The translations under genes and the position numbers were made by a program. Shown here piece after piece: positions 11,301 to 26,300 of a stretch of DNA of 64,000 nt. The notes under the pieces were generated by a model. The model ran no database searches, was not told the DNA's origin, and saw only the letters and a program-made list of their open reading frames with translations. Each line of letters starts with the position of its first letter. Within the stretch, counting starts at the first letter, position 1. The stretch comes from Leptogorgia sarmentosa. Taxonomy: Eukaryota. The stretch covers positions 16,368,001 through 16,432,000 of the forward strand of contig OZ210885.1 of the NCBI GenBank assembly GCA_964658305.1. The letters are read 5' to 3'.

Positions 11301-14300
11301 ACTTGGATGGGTGACTACCTGGGAATACTTTATGTTGTAGACTTGCTTCATTTTATTGTATGTGTGTTTGTAAATAGGTTTGCTTTCAATTTCAACTTCA
11401 GGGTTTTGTTATTGTTACACGTTTAAAAAGTGTAATTTCCATCAACAAATGTCTACGACCATACCAGTAGGAAAATACCGGTTCTCGTCTGATCACCGAA
11501 GTTAAGCCTAGGTGGGAAAAGTAAGTACTTGGATGGGTGACCACCTGGGAATACTTTGTGTTGTAGACTTGCTTCATTTTATTGTATGTGTGTTTGTAAA
11601 TAGGTTTGCTTTCAATGTAAACTTCAGGGATTTTGTTATTGCTACATCTGGAAATACTTTGTATTGTTGTTTTCCTAAATGTTATTTAATGCCTATTTGT
11701 AAATATAATTCCTTTCAATTTCAACTTCAGGGTTTTGTTATTGTTACACATTTAAAAAGTGTAACTTGCATCAACAAATGTCTACGACCGTACGAGTAGG
11801 AAAATACCGGTTCTCGTCTGATCACCGAAGTTAAGCCTAGGTGGGCAAAGTTAGTACTTGGATGGGTGACTACCTGCAAATACTTTGTGTTGTAGACTTG
11901 CTTCATTTTATTGTATGTGTGTTTGTAAATAGGTTTGCTTTCAATTTCAACTTCAGGGTTTTGTTATTGTTACACGTTTAAAAAGTGTAACTTCCATCAA
12001 CAAATGTCTACGACCATACCAGTAGGAAAATACCGGTTCTCGTCTGATCACCGAAGTTAAGCCTAGCTGGGCAAAGTTAGTACTTGGATGGGTGACCACC
12101 TGGGAATACTTTGTGTTGTAGACTTGCTTCATTTTATTGTATGTGTGTTTGTAAATAGGTTTGCTTTCAATGTAAACTTCAGGGATTTTGTTATTGCTAC
12201 ATCTGGAAATACTTTGTATTGTTGTTTTCCTAAATGTTATTTAATGCCTATTTGTAAATATAATTCCTTTCAATTTCAACTTCAGGGTTTTGTTATCGTT
12301 ACACATTTAAAAAGTGTAACTTGCATCAACAAATGTCTACGACCGTACGAGTAGGAAAATACCGGTTCTCGTCTGATCACAGAAGTTAAGCCTAGGTGGG
12401 CAAAGTTAGTACTTGGATGGGTGACTACCTGCGAATACTTTGTGTTGTAGACTTGCTTCATTTTATTGTATGTGTGTTTGTAAATATAATTCCTTTCAAT
12501 CTCAACTTCAGGGTTTTGTTATTGTTACACGTTTAAAAAGTGTAACTTCCATCAATAAATGTCTACGACCATACCACTAGGAAAATACCGGTTCTCGTCT
12601 GATCACCGAAGTTAAGCGTAGATGGGAAAAGTTAGTACTTGGATGGGTGACCACCTGGGAATACTTTGTGTTGTAGATTTGCTTCATTTTATTGTATGTG
12701 TGTTTTTAAATAGGTTTGCTTTCAATTTCAACTTCAGGGTTTTGTTATTGTTACACGTTTAAAAAGTGTAACTTCCATCAACAAATGTCTACGACCATAC
12801 CAGTAGGAAAATACCGGTTCTCGTCTGATCACCGAAGTTAGGCCTAGGTGGGCAAAGTTAGTACTTGGATGGGTGACCACCTGGGAATACTTTGTGTTGT
12901 AGACTTGCTTCATTTTATTGTATGTGTGTTTGTAAATAGGTTTGCTTTCAATGTAAACTTCAGGGATTTTGTTATTGCTACATCTGGAAATACTTTGTAT
13001 TGTTGTTTTGCTAAATGTTATTTAATCCCTATTTGTAAATATAATTCCTTTCAATTTCAACTTCAGGGTTTTGTTATTGTTACACGTTTAAAAAGTGTAA
13101 CTTCCATCAACAAATGCCTACGACCGTACGAGTAGGAAAATACCGGTTCTCGTCTGATCACCGAAGTTAAGCCTAGGTGGGTAAAGTTAGTAGTTGGATG
13201 GGTGACCACCTGGGAATACTTTGCGTTGTAGACTTGCTTCATTTTGTTGTATGTGTGTTTGTAAGTAGGTTTGCTTTCAATTTCAACTTCAGGGTTTTGT
13301 TATTGTTACATGTTTAAAAAGTGTAACTTCCATCAACAAATGTCTACGACCATACCAGTAGGAAAATACCGGTTCTCGTCTGATCACCGAAGTTAAGCCT
13401 GGGTGGGCAAAGTTAGTACTTGGATGGGTGACTACCTGGGAATACTTTGTGTTGTAGACTTGCTTCATTTTATTGTTTGTCTGTTTGTAAATAGGTTTGC
13501 TTTCAATTTCAACTTCAGGGTTTTGTTATTGTTACACGTTTAAAAATTGTAACTTCCATCAACAAATGTCTACGACCATACCAGTAGGAAAATACCGGTT
13601 CTCGTCTGATCACCGAAGTTAAGCCTAGGTGGGAAAAGTTAGTACTTGGATGGGTGACCACCTGGGAATACTTTGTGTTGTAGACTTGATTGATTTTATT
13701 GTATGTGTGTTTGTAAATAGGTTTGCTTTCAATTTCAACTTCAGGGTTTTGTTATTGTTACACGTTTAAAAAGTGTAACTTCCATCAACAAATGTCTACG
13801 ACCATACCAGTAGGAAAATACCGGTTATCGTCTGATCACCGAAGTTAAGCCTAGGTGGGAAAAGTTAGTACTTGGATGGGTGACCACCTGGGAATACTTT
13901 GTGTTGTAGACTTGATTGATTTTATTGTATGTGTGTTTGTAAATAGGTTTGCTTTCAATTTCAACTTCAGGGTTTTGTTATTGTTACACGTTTAAAAAGT
14001 GTAACTTCCATCAACAAATGTCTACGACCATACCAGTAGGAAAATACCGGTTATCGTCTGATCACCGAAGTTAAGCCTAGGTGGGCAAAGTTAGTACTTG
14101 GATGGGTGACCACCTGGGAATACTTTGTGTTGTAGACTTGCTTCATTTTGTTGTATGTGTGTTTGTAAGTAGGTTTGCTTTCAATTTCATCTTCAGGGTT
14201 TTGTTATTGTTACACGTTTAAAAAGTGTAACTTCCATCAACAAATGTCTACGACCATACCAGTAGGAAAATACCGGTTCTCGTCTGATCACCGAAGTTAA

Positions 14301-17300
14301 GCCTAGGTGGGCAAAGTTAGTACTTGGATGGGTGACTACCTGGGAATACTTTGTGTTGTAGACTTGCTTCATTTTATTGTATGTGTGTTTGTAAATAGGT
14401 TTGCTTTCAATTTCAACTTCAGGGTTTTGTTATTAATACACACGTTTAAAAAGTGTAACTTCCATCAACAAATGTCTACAACCATACCAGTAGGAAAATA
14501 CCGGTTCTCGTCTGATCACCGAAGTTAGGCCTAGGTGGGAGAAGTTAGTACTTGGATGGGTGACCACCTGGGAATACTTTGTGTTGTAGACTTGCTTCAT
14601 TTTATTGTATGTGTGTTTGTAAATAGGTTTGCTTTCAATTTCAACTTCAGGGTTTTGTTATTGTTACACGTTTAAAAAGTGTAACTTCCATCAACAAATG
14701 TCTACCACCATACCAGTAGGAAAATACCGGTTCTCGTCTGATCACCGAAGTAAAGCCTAGGTGGGCAAAGTTAGTACTTGGATGGGTGACCACCTGGGAA
14801 TACTTTGTGTTGTAGACTTGCTTCATTTTATTGTATGTGTGTTTGTAAGTAGGTTTGCTTTCAATTTCAACTTCAGGGTTTTGTTATTGTTACACGTTTA
14901 AAAAGTGTAAGTTCCATCAACAAATGTCTACGACCATACCAGTAGGAAAATACCGGTTCTCGTCTGATCACCGAAGTTAAGCCTAGGTGGGCAAAGTTAG
15001 TACTTGGATGGGTGACTACCTGGGAATACTTTGTGTTGTAGACTTGCTTCATTTTATTGTATGTGTGTTTGTAAATAGGTTTGCTTTCAATTTCAACTTC
15101 AGGGTTTTGTTATTGTTACACGTTTAAAAAGTGTAACTTCCATCAACAAATGTCTACGACCATACCAGTAGGAAAATACCGGTTCTCGTCTGATCACCGA
15201 AGTTAGGCCTAGGTGGGAAAAGTTAGTACTTGGATGGGTGACCACCTGGGAATACTTTGTGTTGTAGACTTGCTTCATTTTATTGTATGTGTGTTTGTAA
15301 ATAGGTTTGCTTTCAATTTCAACTTCAGGGATTTTGTTATTGCTACATCTGGAAATATTTTGTATTGTTGTTTTGCTAAATGTTATTTAATGCCTATTTG
15401 TAAATATAATTCCTTTCAACTTCAACTTCAGGGTTTTATTATTGTTACACGTTTAAAAAGTGTAACTTCCATCAACAAGTGTCTACGACCATACCAGTAG
15501 GAAAATACCGGTTCTCGTCTGATCACCGAAGTTAAGCCTAGGTGGGAAAAGTTAGTACTTGGATGGGTGACCACCTGGGAATACTTTGTGTTGTAGACTT
15601 GCTTCATTTTATTGTATGTGTGTTTGTAAATAGGTTTGCTTTCAATTTCAACTTCAGGGTTTTGTTATTGTTACACGTTTAAAAAGTGTAACTTCCATCA
15701 ACAAATGTCTACGACCATACCAGTAGGAAAATACCGGTTCTCGTCTGATCACCGAAGTTAAGCCTAGGTGGGCAAAGTTAGTACTTGGATGGGTGACCAC
15801 CTGGGAATACTTTGTGTTGTAGACTTGCTTCATTTTATTGTATGTGTGTTTGTAAATAGGTTTGCTTTCAATATAAACTTCAGGGATTTTGTTATTGCTA
15901 CATCTGGAAATACTTTGTATTGTTGTTTTGCTAAATTTTATTTAATGCCTATTTGTAAATATAATTCCTTTCAATTTCAACTTCAGGGTTTTGTTATTAA
16001 TACACACGTTTAAAAAGTGTAACTTCCATCAACAAATGTCTACAACCATACCAGTAGGAAAATACCGGTTCTCGTCTGATCACCAAAGTTAGGCCTAGGT
16101 GGGAAAAGTTAGTACTTGGATGGGTGACCACCTGGGAATACTTTGTGTTGTAGACTTGCTTCATTTTGTTGTATGTGTGTTTGTAAGTAGGTTTGCTTTC
16201 AATTTCATCTTCAGGGTTTTGTTATTGTTACACGTTTAAAAAGTGTAACTTCCATCAACAAATGTCTACCACCATACCAGTAGGAAAATACCGGTTCTCG
16301 TCTGATCACCGAAGTAAAGCCTAGGTGGGCAAAGTTAGTACTTGGATGGGTGACCACCTGGGAATACTTTGTGTTGTAGACTTGCTTCATTTTATTGTAT
16401 GTGTGTTTGTAAGTAGGTTTGCTTTCAATTTCAACTTCAGGGTTTTGTTATTGTCACACGTTTAAAAAGTGTAAGTTCCATCAACAAATGTCTACGACCA
16501 TACCAGTAGGAAAATACCGGTTCTCGTCTGATCACCGAAGTTAAGCCTAGGTGGGCAAAGTTAGTACTTGGATGGGTGACTACCTGGGAATACTTTGTGT
16601 TGTAGACTTGCTTCATTTTATTGTATGTGTGTTTGTAAATAGGTTTGCTTTCAATTTCAACTTCAGGGTTTTGTTATTGTTACACGTTTAAAAAGTGTAA
16701 CTTCCATCAACAAATGTCTACCACCATACCAGTAGGAAAATACCGGTTCTCGTCTGATCACCGAAGTAAAGCCTAGGTGGGCAAAGTTAGTACTTGGATG
16801 GGTGACCACCTGGGAATACTTTGTGTTGTAGACTTGCTTCATTTTATTGTATGTGTGTTTGTAAGTAGGTTTGCTTTCAATTTCAACTTCAGGGTTTTGT
16901 TATTGTTACACGTTTAAAAAGTGTAAGTTCCATCAACAAATGTCTACGACCATACCAGTAGGAAAATACCGGTTCTCGTCTGATCACCGAAGTTAAGCCT
17001 AGGTGGGCAAAGTTAGTACTTGGATGGGTGACTACCTGGGAATACTTTGTGTTGTAGACTTGCTTCATTTTATTGTATGTGTGTTTGTAAATAGGTTTGC
17101 TTTCAATTTCAACTTCAGGGTTTTGTTATTGTTACACGTTTAAAAAGTGTAACTTCCATCAACAAATGTCTACGACCATACCAGTAGGAAAATACCGGTT
17201 CTCGTTTGATCACCGAAGTTAGGCCTAGGTGGGAAAAGTTAGTACTTGGATGGGTGACCACCTGGGAATACTTTGTGTTGTAGACTTGCTTCATTTTATT

Positions 17301-20300
17301 GTATGTGTGTTTGTAAATAGGTTTGCTTTCAATTTCAACTTCAGGGATTTTGTTATTGCTACATCTGGAAATATTTTGTATTGTTGTTTTGCTAAATGTT
17401 ATTTAATGCCTATTTGTAAATATAATTCCTTTCAACTTCAACTTCAGGGTTTTATTATTGTTACACGTTTAAAAAGTGTAACTTCCATCAACAAGTGTCT
17501 ACGACCATACCAGTAGGAAAATACCGGTTCTCGTCTGATCACCGAAGTTAAGCCTAGGTGGGAAAAGTTAGTACTTGGATGGGTGACCACCTGGGAATAC
17601 TTTGTGTTGTAGACTTGCTTCATTTTATTGTATGTGTGTTTGTAAATAGGTTTGCTTTCAATTTCAACTTCAGGGTTTTGTTATTGTTACACGTTTAAAA
17701 AGTGTAACTTCCATCAACAAATGTCTACGACCATACCAGTAGGAAAATACCGGTTCTCGTCTGATCACCGAAGTTAAGCCTAGGTGGGCAAAGTTAGTAC
17801 TTGGATGGGTGACCACCTGGGAATACTTTGTGTTGTAGACTTGCTTCATTTTATTGTATGTGTGTTTGTAAATAGGTTTGCTTTCAATATAAACTTCAGG
17901 GATTTTGTTATTGCTACATCTGGAAATACTTTGTATTGTTGTTTTGCTAAATTTTATTTAATGCCTATTTGTAAATATAATTCCTTTCAATTTCAACTTC
18001 AGGGTTTTGTTATTAATACACACGTTTAAAAAGTGTAACTTCCATCAACAAATGTCTACAACCATACCAGTAGGAAAATACCGGTTCTCGTCTGATCACC
18101 AAAGTTAGGCCTAGGTGGGAAAAGTTAGTACTTGGATGGGTGACCTCCTGGGAATACTTTGTGTTGTAGACTTGCTTCATTTTATTGTATGTGTGTTTGT
18201 AAATAGGTTTGCTTTCAATTTCAACTTCAGGGTTTTGTTATTGTTACACGTTTAAAAAGTGTAACTTCCATCAACAAATGTCTACCACCATACCAGTAGG
18301 AAAATACCGGTTCTCGTCTGATCACCGAAGTAAAGCCTAGGTGGGCAAATTTAGTACTTGGATGGGTGACCACCTGGGAATACTTTGTGTTGTAGACTTG
18401 CTTCATTTTATTGTATGTGTGTTTGTAAGTAGGTTTGCTTTCAATTTCAACTTCAGGGTTTTGTTATTGTCACACGTTTAAAAAGTGTAAGTTCCATCAA
18501 CAAATGTCTACGACCATACCAGTAGGAAAATACCGGTTCTCGTCTGATCACCGAAGTTAAGCCTAGGTGGGCAAAGTTAGTACTTGGATGGGTGACTACC
18601 TGGGAATACTTTGTGTTGTAGACTTGCTTCATTTTATTGTATGTGTGTTTGTAAATAGGTTTGCTTTCAATTTCAACTTCAGGGTTTTGTTATTGTTACA
18701 CGTTTAAAAAGTGTAACTTCCATCAACAAATGTCTACGACCATACCAGTAGGAAAATACCGGTTCTCGTCTGATCACCGAAGTTAAGCCTAGGTGGGCAA
18801 AGTTAGTACTTGGATGGGTGACCACCTGGGAATACTTTGTGTTGTAGACTTGCTTCATTTTATTGTATGTGTGTTTGTAAATAGGTTTGCTTTCAATATA
18901 AACTTCAGGGATTTTGTTATTGCTACATCTGGAAATACTTTGTATTGTTGTTTTGCTAAATTTTATTTAATGCCTATTTGTAAATATAATTCCTTTCAAT
19001 TTCAACTTCAGGGTTTTGTTATTGTTACACGTTTAAAAAGTGTAACTTCCATCAACAAATGTCTACGACCATACCAGTAGGAAAATACCGGTTCTCGTCT
19101 GATCACCGAAGTTAAGCCTAGGTGGGCAAAGTTAGTACTTGGATGGGTGACTACCTGGGAATACTTTGTGTTGTAGACTTGCTTCATTTTATTGTATGTG
19201 TGTTTGTAAATAGGTTTGCTTTCAATTTCAACTTCAGGGTTTTGTTATTGTTACACGTTTAAAAAGTGTAACTTCCATCAACAAATGTCTACAACCATAC
19301 CAGTAGGAAAATACCGGTTCTCGTCTGATCACCGAAGTTAGGCCTAGGTGGGAAAAGTTAGTACTTGGATGGGTGACCACCTGGGAATACTTTGTGTTGT
19401 AGACTTGCTTCATTTTATTGTATGTGTGTTTGTAAATAGGTTTGCTTTCAATTTCAACTTCAGGGTTTTGTTATTGTTACACGTTTAAAAAGTGTAACTT
19501 CCATCAACAAATGTCTACCACCATACCAGTAGGAAAATACCGGTTCTCGTCTGATCACCAAAGTTAAGCCTAGGTGGGCCAAGTTAGTACTTGGATGGGT
19601 GACTACCTGGGAATACTTTGTGTTGTAGACTTGCTTCATTTTATTGTATGTGTGTTTGTAAATAGGTTTGCTTTCAATTTCAACTTCAGGGTTTTGTTAT
19701 TGTTACACGTTTAAAAAGTGTAACTTCCATCAACAAATGTCTACAACCATACCAGTAGGAAAATACCGGTTCTCGTCTGATCACCGAAGTTAGGCCTAGG
19801 TGGGAAAAGTTAGTACTTGGATGGGTGACCACCTGGGAATACTTTGTGTTGTAGACTTGCTTCATTTTATTGTATGTGTGTTTGTAAATAGGTTTGCTTT
19901 CAATTTCAACTTCAGGGTTTTGTTATTGTTACACGTTTAAAAAGTGTAACTTCCATCAACAAATGTCTACGACCATACCAGTAGGAAAATACCGGTTCTC
20001 GTCTGATCACCGAAGTTAGGCCTAGGTGGGAAAAGTTTGTACTTGGATGGGTGACCACCTGGGAATACTTTGTGTTGTAGACTTGCTTCATTTTATTGTA
20101 TGTGTGTTTGTAAATAGGTTTGCTTTCAATTTCAACTTCAGGGTTTTGTTATTGTTACACGTTTAAAAAGTGTAACTTCCATCAACAAATGTCTACGACC
20201 ATACCAGTAGGAAAATACCGGTTCTCGTCTGATCACCGAAGTTAAGCCTAGGTGGGCAAAGTTAGTACTTGGATGGGTGACCACCTGGGAATACTTTGTG

Positions 20301-23300
20301 TTGTAGACTTGCTTCATTTTATTGTATGTGTGTTTGTAAATAGGTTTGCTTTCAATTTCACCTTCAGGGTTTTGTTATTGTTACACGTTTAAAAAGTGTA
20401 ACTTCCATCAACAAATGTCTACGACCATACCAGTAGGAAAATACCGGTTCTCGTCTGATCACCGAACTTAAGCCTAGGTGGGAACAGTTAGTACTTGGAT
20501 GGGTGACCACCTGGGAATACTTTGTGTTGTAGACTTGCTTCATTTTATTGTATGTGTGTTTGTAAATAGGTTTGCTTTCAATTTCAACTTCAGGGTTTTG
20601 TTATTGTTACACATTTAAAAAGTGTAACTTCCATCAACAAATGTCTACGACCATACCAGTAGGAAAATACCGGTTCTCGTCTGATCACCGAAGTTAAGCC
20701 TAGGTGGGCAAAGTTAGTACTTGGATGGGTGACCACCTGGGAATACTTTGTGTTGTAGACTTGCTTCGTTTTATTGTATGTGTGTTCGTAAATAGGTTTG
20801 CTTTCAATGTAAACTTCAGGGATTTTGTTATTGCTACATCTGGAAATACTTTGTATTGTTGTTTTCCTAAATGTTATTTAATCCCTATTTGTAAATATAA
20901 TTCCTTTCAATTTCAACTTCAGGGTTTTGTTATTGTTACACATTTAAAAAGTGTAACTTGCATCAACAAATGTCTACGACCGTACGAGTAGGAAAATACC
21001 GGTTCTCGTCTGATCACCGAAGTTAAGCCTAGGTGGGCAAAGTTAGTATTTGCATGGGTGACCACCTGGGAATACTTTGTGTTGTAGACTTACTTCATTT
21101 TATTGCATGTGTGTTTGTAAATAGGTTTGCTTTCAATGTAAACTTCAGGGATTTTGTTATTGCTACATCTGGAAATACTTTGTATTGTTGTTTTGCTAAA
21201 TGTTATTTAATGCCTATTTGTAAATATAATTCCTTTCAACTTCAACTTCAGGGTTTTGTTATTGTTACACGTTTAAAAAGTGTAACTTCCATCAACAAGT
21301 GTCTACAACCATACCAGTAGGAAAATACCGATTCTTGTCTGATCACCGAAGTTAAGCCTAGGTGGGCAAAGTTAGTAGTTGGATGGGTGACCACCTGGGA
21401 ATACTTTGTGTTGTTGACTTGCTTCATTTTGTTGTATGTGTGTTTGTAAGTAGGTTTGCTTTCAATTTCAACTTCAGGGTTTTGTTATTGTTACACGTTT
21501 AAAAAGTGTAACTTCCATCAATAAATGTCTACGACCATACCAGTAGGAAAATACCGGTTCTCGTCTGATCACCGAAGTTAGGCCTAGGTGGGAAAAGTTA
21601 GTACTTGGATGGGTGACCACCTGGGAATACTTTGTGTTGTAGACTTGCTTCATTTTATTGTATGTGTGTTTGTAAATAGGTTTGCTTTCAATTTCAACTT
21701 CAGGGATTTTGTTATTGCTACATCTGGAAATATTTTGTATTGTTGTTTTGCTAAATGTTATTTAATGCCTATTTGTAAATATAATTCCTTTCAACTTCAA
21801 CTTCAGGGTTTTATTATTGTTACACGTTTAAAAAGTGTAACTTCCATCAACAAGTGTCTACGACCATACCAGTAGGAAAATACCGGTTCTCGTCTGATCA
21901 CCGAAGTTAAGCCTAGGTGGGAAAAGTTAGTACTTGGATGGGTGACCACCTGGGAATACTTTGTGTTGTAGACTTGCTTCATTTTATTGTATGTGTGTTT
22001 GTAAATAGGTTTGCTTTCAATTTCAACTTCAGGGTTTTGTTATTGTTACATCTGGAAATACTTTGTATTGTTGTTTTGCTAAATGTTATTTAATCCCTAT
22101 TTGTAAATATAATTCCTTTCAATTTCAACTTCAGGGTTTTGTTATTGTTACACGTTTAAAAAGTGTAACTTCCATCAACAAATGCCTACGACCGTACGAG
22201 TAGGAAAATACCGGTTCTCGTCTGATCACCGAAGTTAAGCCTAGGTGGGTAAAGTTAGTAGTTGGATGGGTGACCACCTGGGAATACTTTGCGTTGTAGA
22301 CTTGCTTCATTTTGTTGTATGTGTGTTTGTAAGTAGGTTTGCTTTCAATTTCAACTTCAGGGTTTTGTTATTGTTACATGTTTAAAAAGTGTAACTTCCA
22401 TCAACAAATGTCTACGACCATACCAGTAGGAAAATACCGGTTCTCGTCTGATCACCGAAGTTAAGCCTAGGTGGGCAAAGTTAGTACTTGGATGGGTGAC
22501 TACCTGGGAATACTTTGTGTTGTAGACTTGCTTCATTTTATTGTTTGTGTGTTTGTAAATAGGTTTGCTTTCAATTTCAACTTCAGGGTTTTGTTATTGT
22601 TACACGTTTAAAAATTGTAACTTCCATCAACAAATGTCTACGACCATACCAGTAGGAAAATACCGGTTCTCGTCTGATCACCGAAGTTAAGCCTAGGTGG
22701 GAAAAGTTAGTACTTGGATGGGTGACCACCTGGGAATACTTTGTGTTGTAGACTTGATTGATTTTATTGTATGTGTGTTTGTAAATAGGTTTGCTTTCAA
22801 TTTCAACTTCAGGGTTTTGTTATTGTTACACGTTTAAAAAGTGTAACTTCCATCAACAAATGTCTACGACCATACCAGTAGGAAAATACCGGTTATCGTC
22901 TGATCACCGAAGTTAAGCCTAGGTGGGCAAAGTTAGTACTTGGATGGGTGACCACCTGGGAATACTTTGTGTTGTAGACTTGCTTCATTTTGTTGTATGT
23001 GTGTTTGTAAGTAGGTTTGCTTTCAATTTCATCTTCAGGGTTTTGTTATTGTTACACGTTTAAAAAGTGTAACTTCCATCAACAAATGTCTACGACCATA
23101 CCAGTAGGAAAATACCGGTTCTCGTCTGATCACCGAAGTTAAGCCTAGGTGGGCAAAGTTAGTACTTGGATGGGTGACTACCTGGGAATACTTTGTGTTG
23201 TAGACTTGCTTCATTTTATTGTATGTGTGTTTGTAAATAGGTTTGCTTTCAATTTCAACTTCAGGGTTTTGTTATTAATACACACGTTTAAAAAGTGTAA

Positions 23301-26300
23301 CTTCCATCAACAAATGTCTACAACCATACCAGTAGGAAAATACCGGTTCTCGTCTGATCACCGAAGTTAGGCCTAGGTGGGAAAAGTTAGTACTTGGATG
23401 GGTGACCACCTGGGAATACTTTGTGTTGTAGACTTGCTTCATTTTATTGTATGTGTGTTTGTAAATAGGTTTGCTTTCAATTTCAACTTCAGGGTTTTGT
23501 TATTGTTACACGTTTAAAAAGTGTAACTTCCATCAACAAATGTCTACCACCATACCAGTAGGAAAATACCGGTTCTCGTCTGATCACCGAAGTAAAGCCT
23601 AGGTGGGCAAAGTTAGTACTTGGATGGGTGACCACCTGGGAATACTTTGTGTTGTAGACTTGCTTCATTTTATTGTATGTGTGTTTGTAAGTAGGTTTGC
23701 TTTCAATTTCAACTTCAGGGTTTTGTTATTGTTACACGTTTAAAAAGTGTAAGTTCCATCAACAAATGTCTACGACCATACCAGTAGGAAAATACCGGTT
23801 CTCGTCTGATCACCGAAGTTAAGCCTAGGTGGGCAAAGTTAGTACTTGGATGGGTGACTACCTGGGAATACTTTGTGTTGTAGACTTGCTTCATTTTATT
23901 GTATGTGTGTTTGTAAATAGGTTTGCTTTCAATTTCAACTTCAGGGTTTTGTTATTGTTACACGTTTAAAAAGTGTAACTTCCATCAACAAATGTCTACG
24001 ACCATACCAGTAGGAAAATACCGGTTCTCGTCTGATCACCGAAGTTAGGCCTAGGTGGGAAAAGTTAGTACTTGGATGGGTGACCACCTGGGAATACTTT
24101 GTGTTGTAGACTTGCTTCATTTTATTGTATGTGTGTTTGTAAATAGGTTTGCTTTCAATTTCAACTTCAGGGATTTTGTTATTGCTACATCTGGAAATAT
24201 TTTGTATTGTTGTTTTGCTAAATGTTATTTAATGCCTATTTGTAAATATAATTCCTTTCAACTTCAACTTCAGGGTTTTATTATTGTTACACGTTTAAAA
24301 AGTGTAACTTCCATCAACAAGTGTCTACGACCATACCAGTAGGAAAATACCGGTTCTCGTCTGATCACCGAAGTTAAGCCTAGGTGGGAAAAGTTAGTAC
24401 TTGGATGGGTGACCACCTGGGAATACTTTGTGTTGTAGACTTGCTTCATTTTATTGTATGTGTGTTTGTAAATAGGTTTGTTTTCAATTTCAACTTCAGG
24501 GTTTTGTTATTGTTACACGTCTAAAAAGTGTAACTTCCATCAACAAATGTCTACGACCATACCAGTAGGAAAATACCGGTTCTCGTCTGATCACCGAAGT
24601 TAAGCCTAGGTGGGCAAAGTTAGTACTTGGATGGGTGACCACCTGGGAATACTTTGTGTTGTAGACTTGCTTCATTTTATTGTATGTGTGTTTGTAAATA
24701 GGTTTGCTTTCAATATAAACTTCAGGGATTTTGTTATTGCTACATCTGGAAATACTTTGTATTGTTGTTTTGCTAAATTTTATTTAATGCCTATTTGTAA
24801 ATATAATTCCTTTCAATTTCAACTTCAGGGTTTTGTTATTAATACACACGTTTAAAAAGTGTAACTTCCATCAACAAATGTCTACAACCATACCAGTAGG
24901 AAAATACCGGTTCTCGTCTGATCACCGAAGTTAGGCCTAGATGGGAAAAGTTAGTACTTGGATGGGTGACCACCTGGGAATACTTTGTGTTGTAGACTTG
25001 CTTCATTTTATTGTATGTGTGTTTGTAAATAGGTTTGCTTTCAATTTCAACTTCAGGGTTTTGTTATTGTTACACGTTTAAAAAGTGTAACTTCCATCAA
25101 CAAATGTCTACCACCATACCAGTAGGAAAATACCGGTTCTCGTCTGATCACCGAAGTAAAGCCTAGGTGGGCAAAGTTAGTACTTGGATGGGTGACCACC
25201 TGGGAATACTTTGTGTTGTAGACTTGCTTCATTTTATTGTATGTGTGTTTGTAAGTAGGTTTGCTTTCAATTTCAACTTCAGGGTTTTGTTATTGTCACA
25301 CGTTTAAAAAGTGTAAGTTCCATCAACAAATGTCTACGACCATACCAGTAGGAAAATACCGGTTCTCGTCTGATCACCGAAGTTAAGCCTAGGTGGGCAA
25401 AGTTAGTACTTGGATGGGTGACTACCTGGGAATACTTTGTGTTGTAGACTTGCTTCATTTTATTGTATGTGTGTTTGTAAATAGGTTTGCTTTCAATTTC
25501 AACTTCAGGGTTTTGTTATTGTTACACGTTTAAAAAGTGTAACTTCCATCAACAAATGTCTACGACCATACCAGTAGGAAAATACCGGTTCTCGTCTGAT
25601 CACCGAAGTTAAGCCTAGGTGGGCAAAGTTAGTACTTGGATGGGTGACCACCTGGGAATACTTTGTGTTGTAGACTTGCTTCATTTTATTGTATGTGTGT
25701 TTGTAAATAGGTTTGCTTTCAATATAAACTTCAGGGATTTTGTTATTGCTACATCTGGAAATACTTTGTATTGTTGTTTTGCTAAATTTTATTTAATGCC
25801 TATTTGTAAATATAATTCCTTTCAATTTCAACTTCAGGGTTTTGTTATTGTTACACGTTTAAAAAGTGTAACTTCCATCAACAAATGTCTACGACCATAC
25901 CAGTAGGAAAATACCGGTTCTCGTCTGATCACCGAAGTTAAGCCTAGGTGGGCAAAGTTAGTACTTGGATGGGTGACTACCTGGGAATACTTTGTGTTGT
26001 AGACTTGCTTCATTTTATTGTATGTGTGTTTGTAAATAGGTTTGCTTTCAATTTCAACTTCAGGGTTTTGTTATTGTTACACGTTTAAAAAGTGTAACTT
26101 CCATCAACAAATGTCTACAACCATACCAGTAGGAAAATACCGGTTCTCGTCTGATCACCGAAGTTAGGCCTAGGTGGGAAAAGTTAGTACTTGGATGGGT
26201 GACCACCTGGGAATACTTTGTGTTGTAGACTTGCTTCATTTTATTGTATGTGTGTTTGTAAATAGGTTTGCTTTCAATTTCAACTTCAGGGTTTTGTTAT

